From Pseudobutyrivibrio sp. (GTDB taxonomy: Bacteria > Bacillota > Clostridia > Oscillospirales > Oscillospiraceae), in the NCBI GenBank assembly GCA_963605115.1, contig CAVCTM010000003.1, positions 1,440 to 65,439 on the forward strand: a stretch of 64,000 nt of DNA. The letters are read 5' to 3'. Under the pieces are notes generated by a model. That model did not search any database, was not told where the DNA came from, and saw only the letters and a list, made by a program, of their open reading frames with translations. The position numbers were made by a program, and so were the translations under genes. Below are positions 39,159 to 46,306 of the stretch, piece by piece. Every line of letters starts with the position of its first letter. Positions within the stretch are counted from its first letter, which is position 1.

Positions 39159-39851
39159 ATGCCAATCACCCTCTCGCCGCGTCTGCGGCGCATCGCAGAC
39201 TTTGTGCCCCCCGGCGCGGTCGTCGCCGACGTCGGCACGGACCACGCCTACATCCCCATCTGGCTGCTCCAAAGCGGCGTTTCCGCCCGCGCCGTCGCGA
39301 CGGATATCAAGCCCGGTCCGCTCCGCAACGCGCTGCGCGACGCGGAGCGCTGCGGCGTTTCCGAGTGCCTGACGCTGACGCTCTGCGACGGGCTCACCGG
39401 CGTGGACCCGGACAGTGTGGACACCGTTATCGCCGCCGGAATGGGCGGGGAGACCATTCAGAATATCCTTGCCGCCGCGCCGTGGAGCTGGGAAAAGCGG
39501 CTCATTTTGCAGCCGCAGACCAAGTTTTACGAGCTGCGCCGCTGGCTGCGTGACCACGGGCTGCGCATTGCGGACGCCGCGCTCAGCTATGACGCCGGGC
39601 GGCTCTATCTCGTCTGGCTCGTGGAAAAGGGGGAGGGGGAGCCGGACGACTATCCCATCGACCGCGCGCTCATCGAAAAGCGCGACCCGCTCCTGCGGCA
39701 TTATCTGGAGGAGCAGATCAAGCGTCTGCTGAGCCAGACGCAGGGCATGGCGCGCTCCGACCGCGCGGACGCGGAAACGCTCCGCCGCCTGCAAACGGAG
39801 CTCAGCGCACTGCAAACACTCTATCAGGAGGTCAAGACATGGCAAGCGTAA
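39159..39851 (+). CDS. trmK: tRNA (adenine22-N1)-methyltransferase
   Basis: LSPRLRRIADFVPPGAVVADVGTDHAYIPIWLL and ITLCDGL-like motifs. Followed by nif3, as in yqfN-yqfO. Confidence 0.8.
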   Translation: MPITLSPRLRRIADFVPPGAVVADVGTDHAYIPIWLLQSGVSARAVATDIKPGPLRNALRDAERCGVSECLTLTLCDGLTGVDPDSVDTVIAAGMGGETIQNILAAAPWSWEKRLILQPQTKFYELRRWLRDHGLRIADAALSYDAGRLYLVWLVEKGEGEPDDYPIDRALIEKRDPLLRHYLEEQIKRLLSQTQGMARSDRADAETLRRLQTELSALQTLYQEVKTWQA

Positions 39852-40633
39852 GAGAGATCTGCGATTTTTTCAACGAAAACGTGCCGTTTTATACGAAATT
39901 CGACTTTGACAACATCGGTCTGCTCGTCGGCGACCCGGCGCAGGAGGTGCATCGCGTGCTGACGGCGCTGGACATTACGGATGCCGTCATCGCCGAAGCG
40001 GGCGAGCTCGGTGCGCAGCTCATCGTGTCCCATCATCCGCTTATTTTCGATCCGCTCAAGACCGTGCTTGCGGACGACTATAAGGGACGCAAGCTCTACC
40101 GGCTTATCCGGGAGGATATCTCCGCCATCTGCCTCCACACGAATCTGGACACGGCGGACGGCGGCGTGAACGACTGCCTGATGGATGCGCTCGGCGGCAC
40201 CGTGACCGGGCTGCTGGACCCCCACGGCGTCCACCCGGACGGCAGACCCTACGGTGTTGCGCGTCTCGGTGAGCTGCCGGAGGCGATGGAGCTGGAGGCG
40301 TTTCTGGCGCACACAAAGCGCGCCCTCGGCGTCAATGCGCTGCGCTATGTTTCCGGCGGCAAGCCGGTGAAGCGCCTCGCCTGCTGCGGCGGAGCCGGCG
40401 GCAGCGAGATCGAGAAGGCGTTCCGCGCCGGCTGCGACACCTATGTGACCGCGGACCTCAAGTATGACCACTTTCTCTGGGCGAAGGAGATGGGGCTCAA
40501 TCTCATCGACGCGGACCATTTCTGCACGGAAAACGTCGTCGTCCCGCACCTCGCCGCGCTCCTGCGCGGTCGCTTCCCGGCGCTCGATGTCCGCATCAGT
40601 ACCCGTCATAAGCAGACGGCTCAAGTATTTTGA
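39839..40633 (+). CDS. Nif3-like dinuclear metal centre protein (YqfO/NIF3 family)
   Basis: NIGLLVGD..., LIVSHHPLIF and ICLHTNLD motifs. 264 aa. Confidence 0.85.
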   Translation: MASVREICDFFNENVPFYTKFDFDNIGLLVGDPAQEVHRVLTALDITDAVIAEAGELGAQLIVSHHPLIFDPLKTVLADDYKGRKLYRLIREDISAICLHTNLDTADGGVNDCLMDALGGTVTGLLDPHGVHPDGRPYGVARLGELPEAMELEAFLAHTKRALGVNALRYVSGGKPVKRLACCGGAGGSEIEKAFRAGCDTYVTADLKYDHFLWAKEMGLNLIDADHFCTENVVVPHLAALLRGRFPALDVRISTRHKQTAQVF

Positions 40634-40670
40634 AAAAAAGCAGCCTGACAAACTGTCAGGCTGCTTTTTT
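40633..40670. terminator. bidirectional terminator at the convergence point
   Basis: AAAAAAAGCAGCCTGACA-AAC-TGTCAGGCTGCTTTTTT. Confidence 0.8.
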
Positions 40671-40676
40671 ATGCGT

Positions 40677-42428
40677 TTATTTGAGCTTCACGCCCCAGAT
40701 CCTGCACTGGCGCGTGCCGATCACGACGGTGTCTTCATACACCGCGGGGCTCGCCTCCACGCCGCCCTGAAGGTCGAACTTGTCATAGACCTCGCCGGTC
40801 AGACCGTCCAGCAGATACATCGTCTGACCGAAGCTGCAATAGACTACGCAGCCGCTGCCGTCCTCGTTGTAGACGAGCACAGGCGAGCTCCAGGTGTAGA
40901 TCGCCTTGTGCTCCCAGACGACCTCGCCTGTCTCGCGGTCGAGGCAGACGAGCACGCCGCCGTTATTCGCGTCCGTTTTTGCGACGGTGACGTAAATGTA
41001 GCCCTCCAGATCATTCTTACCGAGCGCAACGGTGGACTGCACGCCGCCGGACACGCCCTTTTCCGTGTGGCAGGTGTAATCCTTGCGCCAGACGATCTCG
41101 CCGTTTTCCGCGTCGATCTTGAAGATCGGCACCGGCGCGGTCGTCCAGCTGCGCCAGCCGAGGTGGAAGGAGGTGCTGATATAGATGTAGGGATGACCGT
41201 CCTCGATGGAGAGCACGGGCGAGCCGTTGGAGTCGTCCAGAATGTCCTGCACCCAGTCGAGCTCAAGCGTGTTGAGATCGATGCACATCAGCCGCCCGCC
41301 GTTGTCCGCGACGATCAGATGGCTGCGCCAGATGACGGCGCTGTCCTCCATGCCGACCCAGTACTGATAGAGCGTCGTGCGTGTGCCGTAATAGTGCCAC
41401 TTGACGGTCTTGGGGTCGATGCTGATCGTGCCCGCTTCGGGGTCATAGTCCGTGTTCAGCTTGATGATGTAGAGAATGCCGTTCTCGCCGGGGTAGATGA
41501 GCTGGTCCGTCTCCGCGTCCACGAGGGCGGAGCCGTCGAAATACGAGAGCGTGCCGCGCAGCGTGAAGGGGTCGACGTTGCCGAAGGTGTGGAGCACCTT
41601 GAAGTCGATGAGGCTGATGATGAACGCGCGGGAATAGCCGCGGTCGCTGTCGTAGCCCGCGCCGAGATAGAGCAGGGGATAGCCGCGCGGGTCGAGCGCG
41701 CCCGCACCCTTGAAGGTGAAGCCCAGCGTCAGCGTGTCGCGGGTCTTTTTGCCGGTGTTCAGGTCGAGGAAGTAGACGTTGCCGTCCATCGTGGCATAGA
41801 TGACCTCGACGAGTTCGTCATCCTCCTTTGCCCAGTCATACATGTTCATAATGGCTTTCGTCTCGCGCGGCCATTTGACGATAAGGGGCTGCCCGACCCA
41901 GCCGCTGCCGGTCCACGTTGCGCCGTTGTAGCTCAGAGAGCCGGTCGTATAGCTCCAGGATTCACCGAACTTATACTCCTTGAGGTTCGCGTAGCCGTAG
42001 CTGCCGCCGTCGCGGAAGTTGTTGCCGCGGAAGGTGATGATGCCTTCCATATCGGTGTAATCGTCACCGGTCAGGAAGTCGATCGGCTCCGCCGCCTCGT
42101 AGACCTCGTCGCTGCCGAGCGTCGTGCCGTCCACGTTTACGGCGGTGTTCGTGACATAGATGTCCGGGTCCGTGTTTTCCGTGTGATAGGGCTCAAACTC
42201 CGGAATGGGAGTAGGCGTGGGTTCGGGCGTGGGTTCGGGCGTGGGCTCCGGCGTCGGCGTTGGGGTCGGCTGCGGGGTCTCCACAGCCGCCTGCGTGGGC
42301 TCCGGCTGGGCGGGCTCCGCGCCGTGGAGCTTCACGACGACGAAGACCAAAGCGGCGAGCAGTATAATGAGTATGACCGCCATCACGACGGTCCGGGAGT
42401 GATCGGCGTTCTTTTTCCTGCTGGACAT
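40677..42428 (-). CDS. membrane-anchored secreted protein with PQQ-like beta-propeller repeats
   Basis: N-terminal TM, PTPEPTPEPTPEPTPTP linker, then repeated W/Y-rich blades (..GEVVWEH.., ..GEIVWRK.., LDWVQD). Confidence 0.65.
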   Translation of the reverse strand: MSSRKKNADHSRTVVMAVILIILLAALVFVVVKLHGAEPAQPEPTQAAVETPQPTPTPTPEPTPEPTPEPTPTPIPEFEPYHTENTDPDIYVTNTAVNVDGTTLGSDEVYEAAEPIDFLTGDDYTDMEGIITFRGNNFRDGGSYGYANLKEYKFGESWSYTTGSLSYNGATWTGSGWVGQPLIVKWPRETKAIMNMYDWAKEDDELVEVIYATMDGNVYFLDLNTGKKTRDTLTLGFTFKGAGALDPRGYPLLYLGAGYDSDRGYSRAFIISLIDFKVLHTFGNVDPFTLRGTLSYFDGSALVDAETDQLIYPGENGILYIIKLNTDYDPEAGTISIDPKTVKWHYYGTRTTLYQYWVGMEDSAVIWRSHLIVADNGGRLMCIDLNTLELDWVQDILDDSNGSPVLSIEDGHPYIYISTSFHLGWRSWTTAPVPIFKIDAENGEIVWRKDYTCHTEKGVSGGVQSTVALGKNDLEGYIYVTVAKTDANNGGVLVCLDRETGEVVWEHKAIYTWSSPVLVYNEDGSGCVVYCSFGQTMYLLDGLTGEVYDKFDLQGGVEASPAVYEDTVVIGTRQCRIWGVKLK

Positions 42429-42534
42429 AACGAATACACCCGGTTTCCTTTCTTTTTTTCAGTGCAAAGCTCAGTATATCAAAGCCAGCCGAAAAAAGCA
42501 ATCGCCGAAAGCGGGAAAAAAGACAAATTTCGCC

Positions 42535-42563
42535 TTTACTTTTCCTACGGCTTCGGTTATAAT
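42535..42563 (+). promoter_or_regulatory. possible promoter for tRNA-Arg
   Basis: TTTACT, 17-nt spacer, TATAAT, about 34 nt upstream of the tRNA. Confidence 0.4.
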
Positions 42564-42596
42564 ATTATGCGTGTCTGCGGAAGGGCAGACGAATAT

Positions 42597-42673
42597 GTGC
42601 CCGTAGCTCAGTTGGATAGAGTGTTGGACTCCGACTCCAAAGGTCGCTGGTTCGAATCCAGTCGGGCATACCA
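42597..42673 (+). tRNA. tRNA-Arg (anticodon CCG)
   Basis: Manual cloverleaf. Acceptor GTGCCCG/CGGGCAT; D arm GCTC..GAGT; anticodon stem TTGGA/TCCAA with loop CTCCGAC; T arm GCTGG-TTCGAAT-CCAGT; encoded CCA. Confidence 0.9.
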
Positions 42674-42679
42674 CGAGGG

Positions 42680-42706
42680 GAGACGCCGGCAACGGCGTCT
42701 CTTTTT
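42680..42706 (+). terminator. terminator after tRNA-Arg
   Basis: GAGACGCCG-GCAA-CGGCGTCTC followed by TTTTT. Confidence 0.75.
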
Positions 42707-42734
42707 GGAAGCGAAAACAGGAGGCTCCCTTTTT

Positions 42735-43880
42735 ATGAGCGAACACCACGAGCACGAAGAACACGAACACAACGAACATCACCATCACCACGACGAATAC
42801 CCCCAGCACCCCTGCGACGGCGAGGGACACCAGCACCATCACCACGCGGACGGAAGCTGCTGCTGCAGCTACCACGCGGAGGAGTATCACGGCGTGGACA
42901 AGCTGCTGCTCGCGCGGCTCATCGCCGCCGTCGCCGCCTATCTCTGCGGCATGTTCCTGCCTGTCAGCGAGACGGTCGAGGCGGTTTTGATGATCGCGGC
43001 GGCGCTCATCGCAGGCTACGACGTGCTCTGGCAGGCGGTGAGGAACATTTTCCGCCTCCGCTTTTTTGACGACTGCTTTCTTATGACCTTTGCCGCTGTC
43101 GCGGCGTGCATCCTCGGCGAGTTTGAGGAAGGCGCGGCGGTGTTTGTGCTTTACCGCATCGGCGAGTTCTGCCAGTCCTTCGCCGTGCGCCGCAGCCGTA
43201 AGACCATCGCGAGTCTGACCGGCGAGGCGATGGCGCATGTCGACGAGGACGAGCAGATTTCCGACAAGCTCATCACGCGCTTTTCCCGCGTTTATACGCC
43301 CATTGTCCTTGTTCTCGCGGTCCTGATCGCGGTCTGCCTTCCGGTTTTCAGCAATGCGGGCTGGAGCGACGCCGTTTACCGTGCGCTGAGCTTCCTCGTG
43401 CTGGCGTGCCCCTGTGCCATCGTGATCTCCGTGCCGCTGGCTTACTTTGCCGGGATCGGCGTCGCCTCGCGCCACGGGATATTTTTCCGCGACAGCGCTG
43501 CGATCGACACGGTATCGCGCCTGCACAGCGCGGCGGGGCAGGAGCTGGCACACGTCCCGATCGGTCAGCGCCACGCGCTTGTCTGGCCCGCGTCCGACGC
43601 AGCCGAACCCCGCAGCGCCGAGCTCATTCTGACGGAGGGTGGGGAAACCTTTGCGACCGCAATTTCCATCGCGCGCCACACGCGGCGCATCATCGCGGAG
43701 AATATTGTCTTTACGATCGCCGTGAAGCTCGTTGTTCTCGTTCTCTCCGCCTTCGGCATCTCCCGTCTCTGGGTCTCCGTTTTTGCCGACAGCGGCGTCA
43801 CGCTGATCGTCGTTCTGAATTCCCTTCGTGCGTTTTTGATGCACCGGAAAAAGGCGGTGCGCCACGATCATCACGCATAG
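42735..43880 (+). CDS. P1B-type heavy-metal ATPase-derived membrane protein lacking actuator and phosphorylation/nucleotide domains
   Basis: His-rich N-terminus, TM helices, CPC motif (ACPCAIVISVP) and terminal TM pair (FADSGVTLIVVLNSLR). No DKTGT or GDGxND. 381 aa. AGGAGG RBS. Confidence 0.6.
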   Translation: MSEHHEHEEHEHNEHHHHHDEYPQHPCDGEGHQHHHHADGSCCCSYHAEEYHGVDKLLLARLIAAVAAYLCGMFLPVSETVEAVLMIAAALIAGYDVLWQAVRNIFRLRFFDDCFLMTFAAVAACILGEFEEGAAVFVLYRIGEFCQSFAVRRSRKTIASLTGEAMAHVDEDEQISDKLITRFSRVYTPIVLVLAVLIAVCLPVFSNAGWSDAVYRALSFLVLACPCAIVISVPLAYFAGIGVASRHGIFFRDSAAIDTVSRLHSAAGQELAHVPIGQRHALVWPASDAAEPRSAELILTEGGETFATAISIARHTRRIIAENIVFTIAVKLVVLVLSAFGISRLWVSVFADSGVTLIVVLNSLRAFLMHRKKAVRHDHHA

Positions 43881-43886
43881 ACAGGC

Positions 43887-43915
43887 AAAAGACCGCTTTT
43901 CGAAGCGGTCCTTTT
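43887..43915. terminator. bidirectional terminator
   Basis: AAAAGACCGCTT-TTCG-AAGCGGTCCTTTT. Confidence 0.7.
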
Positions 43916-43917
43916 GG

Positions 43918-44400
43918 TTATTCGCAAACGCCCTCAATGTGTATGCCGCGCAGCTGCGCGAAGTCGTAGCTGTCCAGCGGACGCCAGAGGGCGTCAAGCG
44001 TGTGTGCCGCGACGAAGATTCGGGGAGGGGAGAGCTCCATCACGAGCAGTGAGTGATAAAAGCTGCCGTCCGGCGCGCCGAGCTGGATGACGTCACCGGG
44101 CAGCAGAGACACCGCAGCGGCAGGCGCCCCGAACGGTCCCGGTCCGCGGTTCAACGTCAGAAAGCGGTAAAGCGGCTCTACACCCGCCCAAGAAGGGGAA
44201 CGGTCGTTGAGGTTAACATAATACCAACCTCTTTCGCGGGAAAAATTCATCACGCCCGCGCCGGCGAAGATGCACTGGGATACGAAGCTCGTGCAGTCGC
44301 CGCCGAGGGGATCAAAGTCGTAGAAAACAGGATCGCGGTCAAGCGCCCAGCGCTCCGCATAACGCAGCGCCGCGGCGCGATCGTAGAAAAACTCAGACAT
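43918..44400 (-). CDS. putative amidase-domain protein (Amidase_6-like)
   Basis: YDRAAALRYAERWA..NPxFYDF..GGDCTSFVSQC pattern with catalytic-type Cys. ATG 44400; TTG 44421 is an alternative start. Confidence 0.55.
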   Translation of the reverse strand: MSEFFYDRAAALRYAERWALDRDPVFYDFDPLGGDCTSFVSQCIFAGAGVMNFSRERGWYYVNLNDRSPSWAGVEPLYRFLTLNRGPGPFGAPAAAVSLLPGDVIQLGAPDGSFYHSLLVMELSPPRIFVAAHTLDALWRPLDSYDFAQLRGIHIEGVCE

Positions 44401-44446
44401 GAAAAAGCACCCCGGAAGCAAGGATGGACCATCCTATTCCGGGGTG
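44401..44446 (-). terminator. rho-independent terminator of the small peptide gene, abutting the amidase start
   Basis: Minus strand: CACCCCGG ... CCGGGGTG followed by CTTTTTC. The stem contains the only purine-rich RBS candidate for ATG 44400. Confidence 0.5.
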
Positions 44447-44462
44447 TCTTCGGTTGTGTACG

Positions 44463-44597
44463 TCAGCGGTCGTCGTTCAGCCGTTCGCTCTTGTCAACCG
44501 GCTTTTTCTTCGTCACGCGAAGCAGAATCTCGTCCACGATCCGCGCCAAAATCACAACGCCGACCACGACGAGCACGATTTTCAGAGTTTCGCTCAT
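44463..44597 (-). CDS. 44-aa single-TM peptide (type I toxin-like or small membrane protein)
   Basis: MSETLKIVLVVVGVVILARIVDEILLRVTKKKPVDKSERLNDDR. Too short for the ORF track. Has its own promoter, a GGGTGA RBS and a terminator. Confidence 0.5.
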   Translation of the reverse strand: MSETLKIVLVVVGVVILARIVDEILLRVTKKKPVDKSERLNDDR

Positions 44598-44614
44598 AAT
44601 TATCACCCGATCCC

Positions 44615-44643
44615 ATTGTAACGGTTCTTCCTTCGATTTTCAA
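44615..44643 (-). promoter_or_regulatory. near-consensus sigma-A promoter for the 44-aa ORF
   Basis: Minus strand: TTGAAA, 17-nt spacer, TACAAT, about 18 nt upstream of ATG 44597. Confidence 0.55.
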
Positions 44644-44693
44644 GCCCTAAAAACAAAATCACCAGCAGGGGGAGGCGGAAAACGCAGAAGGCG

Positions 44694-44710
44694 GCAGCCG
44701 ATTGGACAAG
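44694..44710 (+). repeat. direct repeat, left copy (GCAGCCGATTGGACAAG)
   Basis: Identical 17-mer at 46248-46264 (21/22 when extended 5 nt upstream). Followed by the 13-nt palindrome GCGGGATTCCCGC. Confidence 0.8.
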
Positions 44711-44824
44711 CGAGCGGCAGCGGGATTCCCGCGACCACCAGCCGAGCGCACGCGCAGCGGAGCGCGACCGGTGTGCGGTCGTAGCGCGCGAAGCGCGCGG
44801 TCGCGAGCGCAGCGAGCCCCACTA

Positions 44825-44831
44825 CTTGATA
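44825..44831 (+). promoter_or_regulatory. candidate double-strand-origin nick site CTTGATA
   Basis: This heptamer is shared by the phiX174 origin (CAACTTG/ATATT) and pC194-family origins (from memory). Lies 26 nt upstream of the rep ATG, just 3' of a GC-rich self-complementary tract. Confidence 0.3.
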
Positions 44832-44856
44832 CAGGGACATTATTCCGTCAGGACTA

Positions 44857-46074
44857 ATGGACTGCACTATTCCGAGACCTTCGCCGGTCCCCATCGAGAT
44901 CGGCGACCATATCACGCACAACTGCCACATTAAGACTTATCCGGACGGCAGCCGATGCGTCCTCATCTCCGACCGGGCTATCTTTCGGGAGCGCGGCTGG
45001 GAGCAGCGGCACGATCCTGCTGAGGAGGCTGCTGCTGCGTGGCGGCAGCACGTCGACCAGATGACCGCGCTTGAGGCTGTGGAAAAGTCGTCTTATAAGT
45101 TGATGCGCGAGGATGACGACGCGGAACAGCGACGCCGCGCGTCGCTGGCGCGCGCGAAGCGCCGCGCCCGCGTCGCCGTCCGCGATCTCGCGCTTTCCAA
45201 TGATTTCCGCTGGTTCGTCACCTTGACCCTCGACCAGACCAAAATCGACCGCTACGACATCAAGGAGATCACGCGGTACCTCAACCACTGGCTGGATAAT
45301 CAGGTCCGCCGCTGTGGGCTCCGGTACGTCCTCGTGCCGGAGCACCACAAGGACGGTGCTGTGCATTTCCACGGGCTCTTCTCTGACTCCCTGCCCACTG
45401 TTGACAGCGGACACAAAGACCGGGGCGGGCATCCGGTCTATAACCTCCCGCGCTGGGACTGGGGCTTCTCGACGGCGATTGAGCTCTACGGCGAGCGGGC
45501 GTCCGCGGTCGGCTACGTCTGCAAATATATCACTAAGGCGCAGGAGAAGATCGGCGGGCGCTGGTACTACTCCGGCGGCGCTCTGCGCCGTCCGGAGGTC
45601 AGCACCTGCGACGTTGACTGGGCGGACTATGCGGGGTATAATGGGGGGTATGGATTTGAACTCCCTGAGCTCGGCGCAAAATGCGTCAAAATCGAGGTAG
45701 GAGGCGATGGCGATGATGCCGCAGCAGCTGCTGGAGCTGTGGAGCATCGAGCAGACGACGACCGGGGCGACGCTCTGGCTGGAGCTCTGCTGGCAGATGT
45801 GGAGGGGCAGGACGGCGGCGCAGGTCGTCCGCGAGATGGTGCGCCGGACCGGATGGACGCACGGCAGGATTTACGGCGAGATGCGGGCGGCGCTCTCGCC
45901 GATCCTCGACGCCGACAGCGAGACTCTGGCGGCGTTGGGGCTGGAGCTGAAGGACCGGACGACGCCGCAGCTCGCCGCGGCGGTGGTCCGGACGATGAGA
46001 CAAGGGAGGTAGACTATGAGCAGCGTCAACGACGTGATGAAGATGGCGTTCTTTGGACCGTCCAGCCCGGATGA
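44857..46074 (+). CDS. rolling-circle replication initiator (HUH endonuclease, two-tyrosine type); 3' end doubtful
   Basis: FVTLTL (motif 1), VHFHGLF (HUH) and YVCKYITK (Y-x-x-K-Y) in canonical order. The last ~120 codons overlap the next ORF out of frame with poor third-position GC. Confidence 0.7.
   Translation: MDCTIPRPSPVPIEIGDHITHNCHIKTYPDGSRCVLISDRAIFRERGWEQRHDPAEEAAAAWRQHVDQMTALEAVEKSSYKLMREDDDAEQRRRASLARAKRRARVAVRDLALSNDFRWFVTLTLDQTKIDRYDIKEITRYLNHWLDNQVRRCGLRYVLVPEHHKDGAVHFHGLFSDSLPTVDSGHKDRGGHPVYNLPRWDWGFSTAIELYGERASAVGYVCKYITKAQEKIGGRWYYSGGALRRPEVSTCDVDWADYAGYNGGYGFELPELGAKCVKIEVGGDGDDAAAAAGAVEHRADDDRGDALAGALLADVEGQDGGAGRPRDGAPDRMDARQDLRRDAGGALADPRRRQRDSGGVGAGAEGPDDAAARRGGGPDDETREVDYEQRQRRDEDGVLWTVQPG
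45707..46012 (+). CDS. hypothetical 101-aa protein (possible small HTH protein)
   Basis: GGAGG RBS 5 nt upstream. Third-position G/C is near-saturated in this frame. Confidence 0.55.
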   Translation: MAMMPQQLLELWSIEQTTTGATLWLELCWQMWRGRTAAQVVREMVRRTGWTHGRIYGEMRAALSPILDADSETLAALGLELKDRTTPQLAAAVVRTMRQGR

Positions 46075-46306
46075 GCTGGACGGGCTGGACCTGAGCGCCC
46101 TCAAAAGCTTTGAGATGAGAGGGAACGGCTGGTCCGTCACCCTCTACGACCGCGGCGGCGATGGGCAGCAGCCCGCGGCGGTCTGGTATCTTGGGCATGG
46201 ACCTGCCGACGGAGGGGGGTGCAGACGGGCGGTCCTTGTATTAGGCAGCAGCCGATTGGACAAGAACGGCTGTTTTGTTCAATCGCGCGCGATTGAACAA
46301 AATTAA
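46016..46306 (+). CDS. hypothetical protein, possibly a truncated small-terminase-like fragment
   Basis: GGGAGG RBS. The N-terminal ~45 codons look coding (..AFFGPSSPDELDGLDLSALKSFEMRGNGWSVTLYDR). Quality drops where the ORF enters the direct repeat and palindrome. The TerS resemblance is weak and from memory. Confidence 0.4.
   Translation: MSSVNDVMKMAFFGPSSPDELDGLDLSALKSFEMRGNGWSVTLYDRGGDGQQPAAVWYLGHGPADGGGCRRAVLVLGSSRLDKNGCFVQSRAIEQN
46248..46264 (+). repeat. direct repeat, right copy (GCAGCCGATTGGACAAG)
   Basis: Identical to 44694-44710. Followed 8 nt later by the 30-nt palindrome. Confidence 0.8.
46273..46302. repeat. 30-nt perfect palindrome TTTTGTTCAATCGCGCGCGATTGAACAAAA
   Basis: The sequence equals its own reverse complement. 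It could be a hairpin origin/terminus of the Rep element or a bidirectional terminator. Confidence 0.85.

Larger units (their letters stand above)
44694..46302 (+). mobile_element. integrase-less rolling-circle Rep mini-element (integrated RCR replicon, ssDNA-phage remnant or IS91/Helitron-like unit); boundaries uncertain
   Basis: HUH Rep gene, CTTGATA nick motif, two small RBS-equipped ORFs, a 17-nt flanking direct repeat and a terminal 30-nt palindrome. A low-GC tail to about 46717 may also belong. Confidence 0.45.

Noticed and set aside
40464-43880. 1138-aa + strand ORF spanning the beta-propeller gene antisense, tRNA-Arg and the ATPase-like gene.
   Set aside because: It reads through a tRNA gene and two terminators. 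Only the last 381 codons (from ATG 42735, after AGGAGG) have protein-like sequence.
44210-44223. Third copy of AGGTTAACATAATA (shared with 33690-33703) inside the amidase-like CDS, initially taken as a link between the AT-rich island and the Rep element.
   Set aside because: By rough count, a 64-kb window contains on the order of ten chance 14-mer pairs on both strands. This copy lies within a coding sequence (..GWYYVNLND..).
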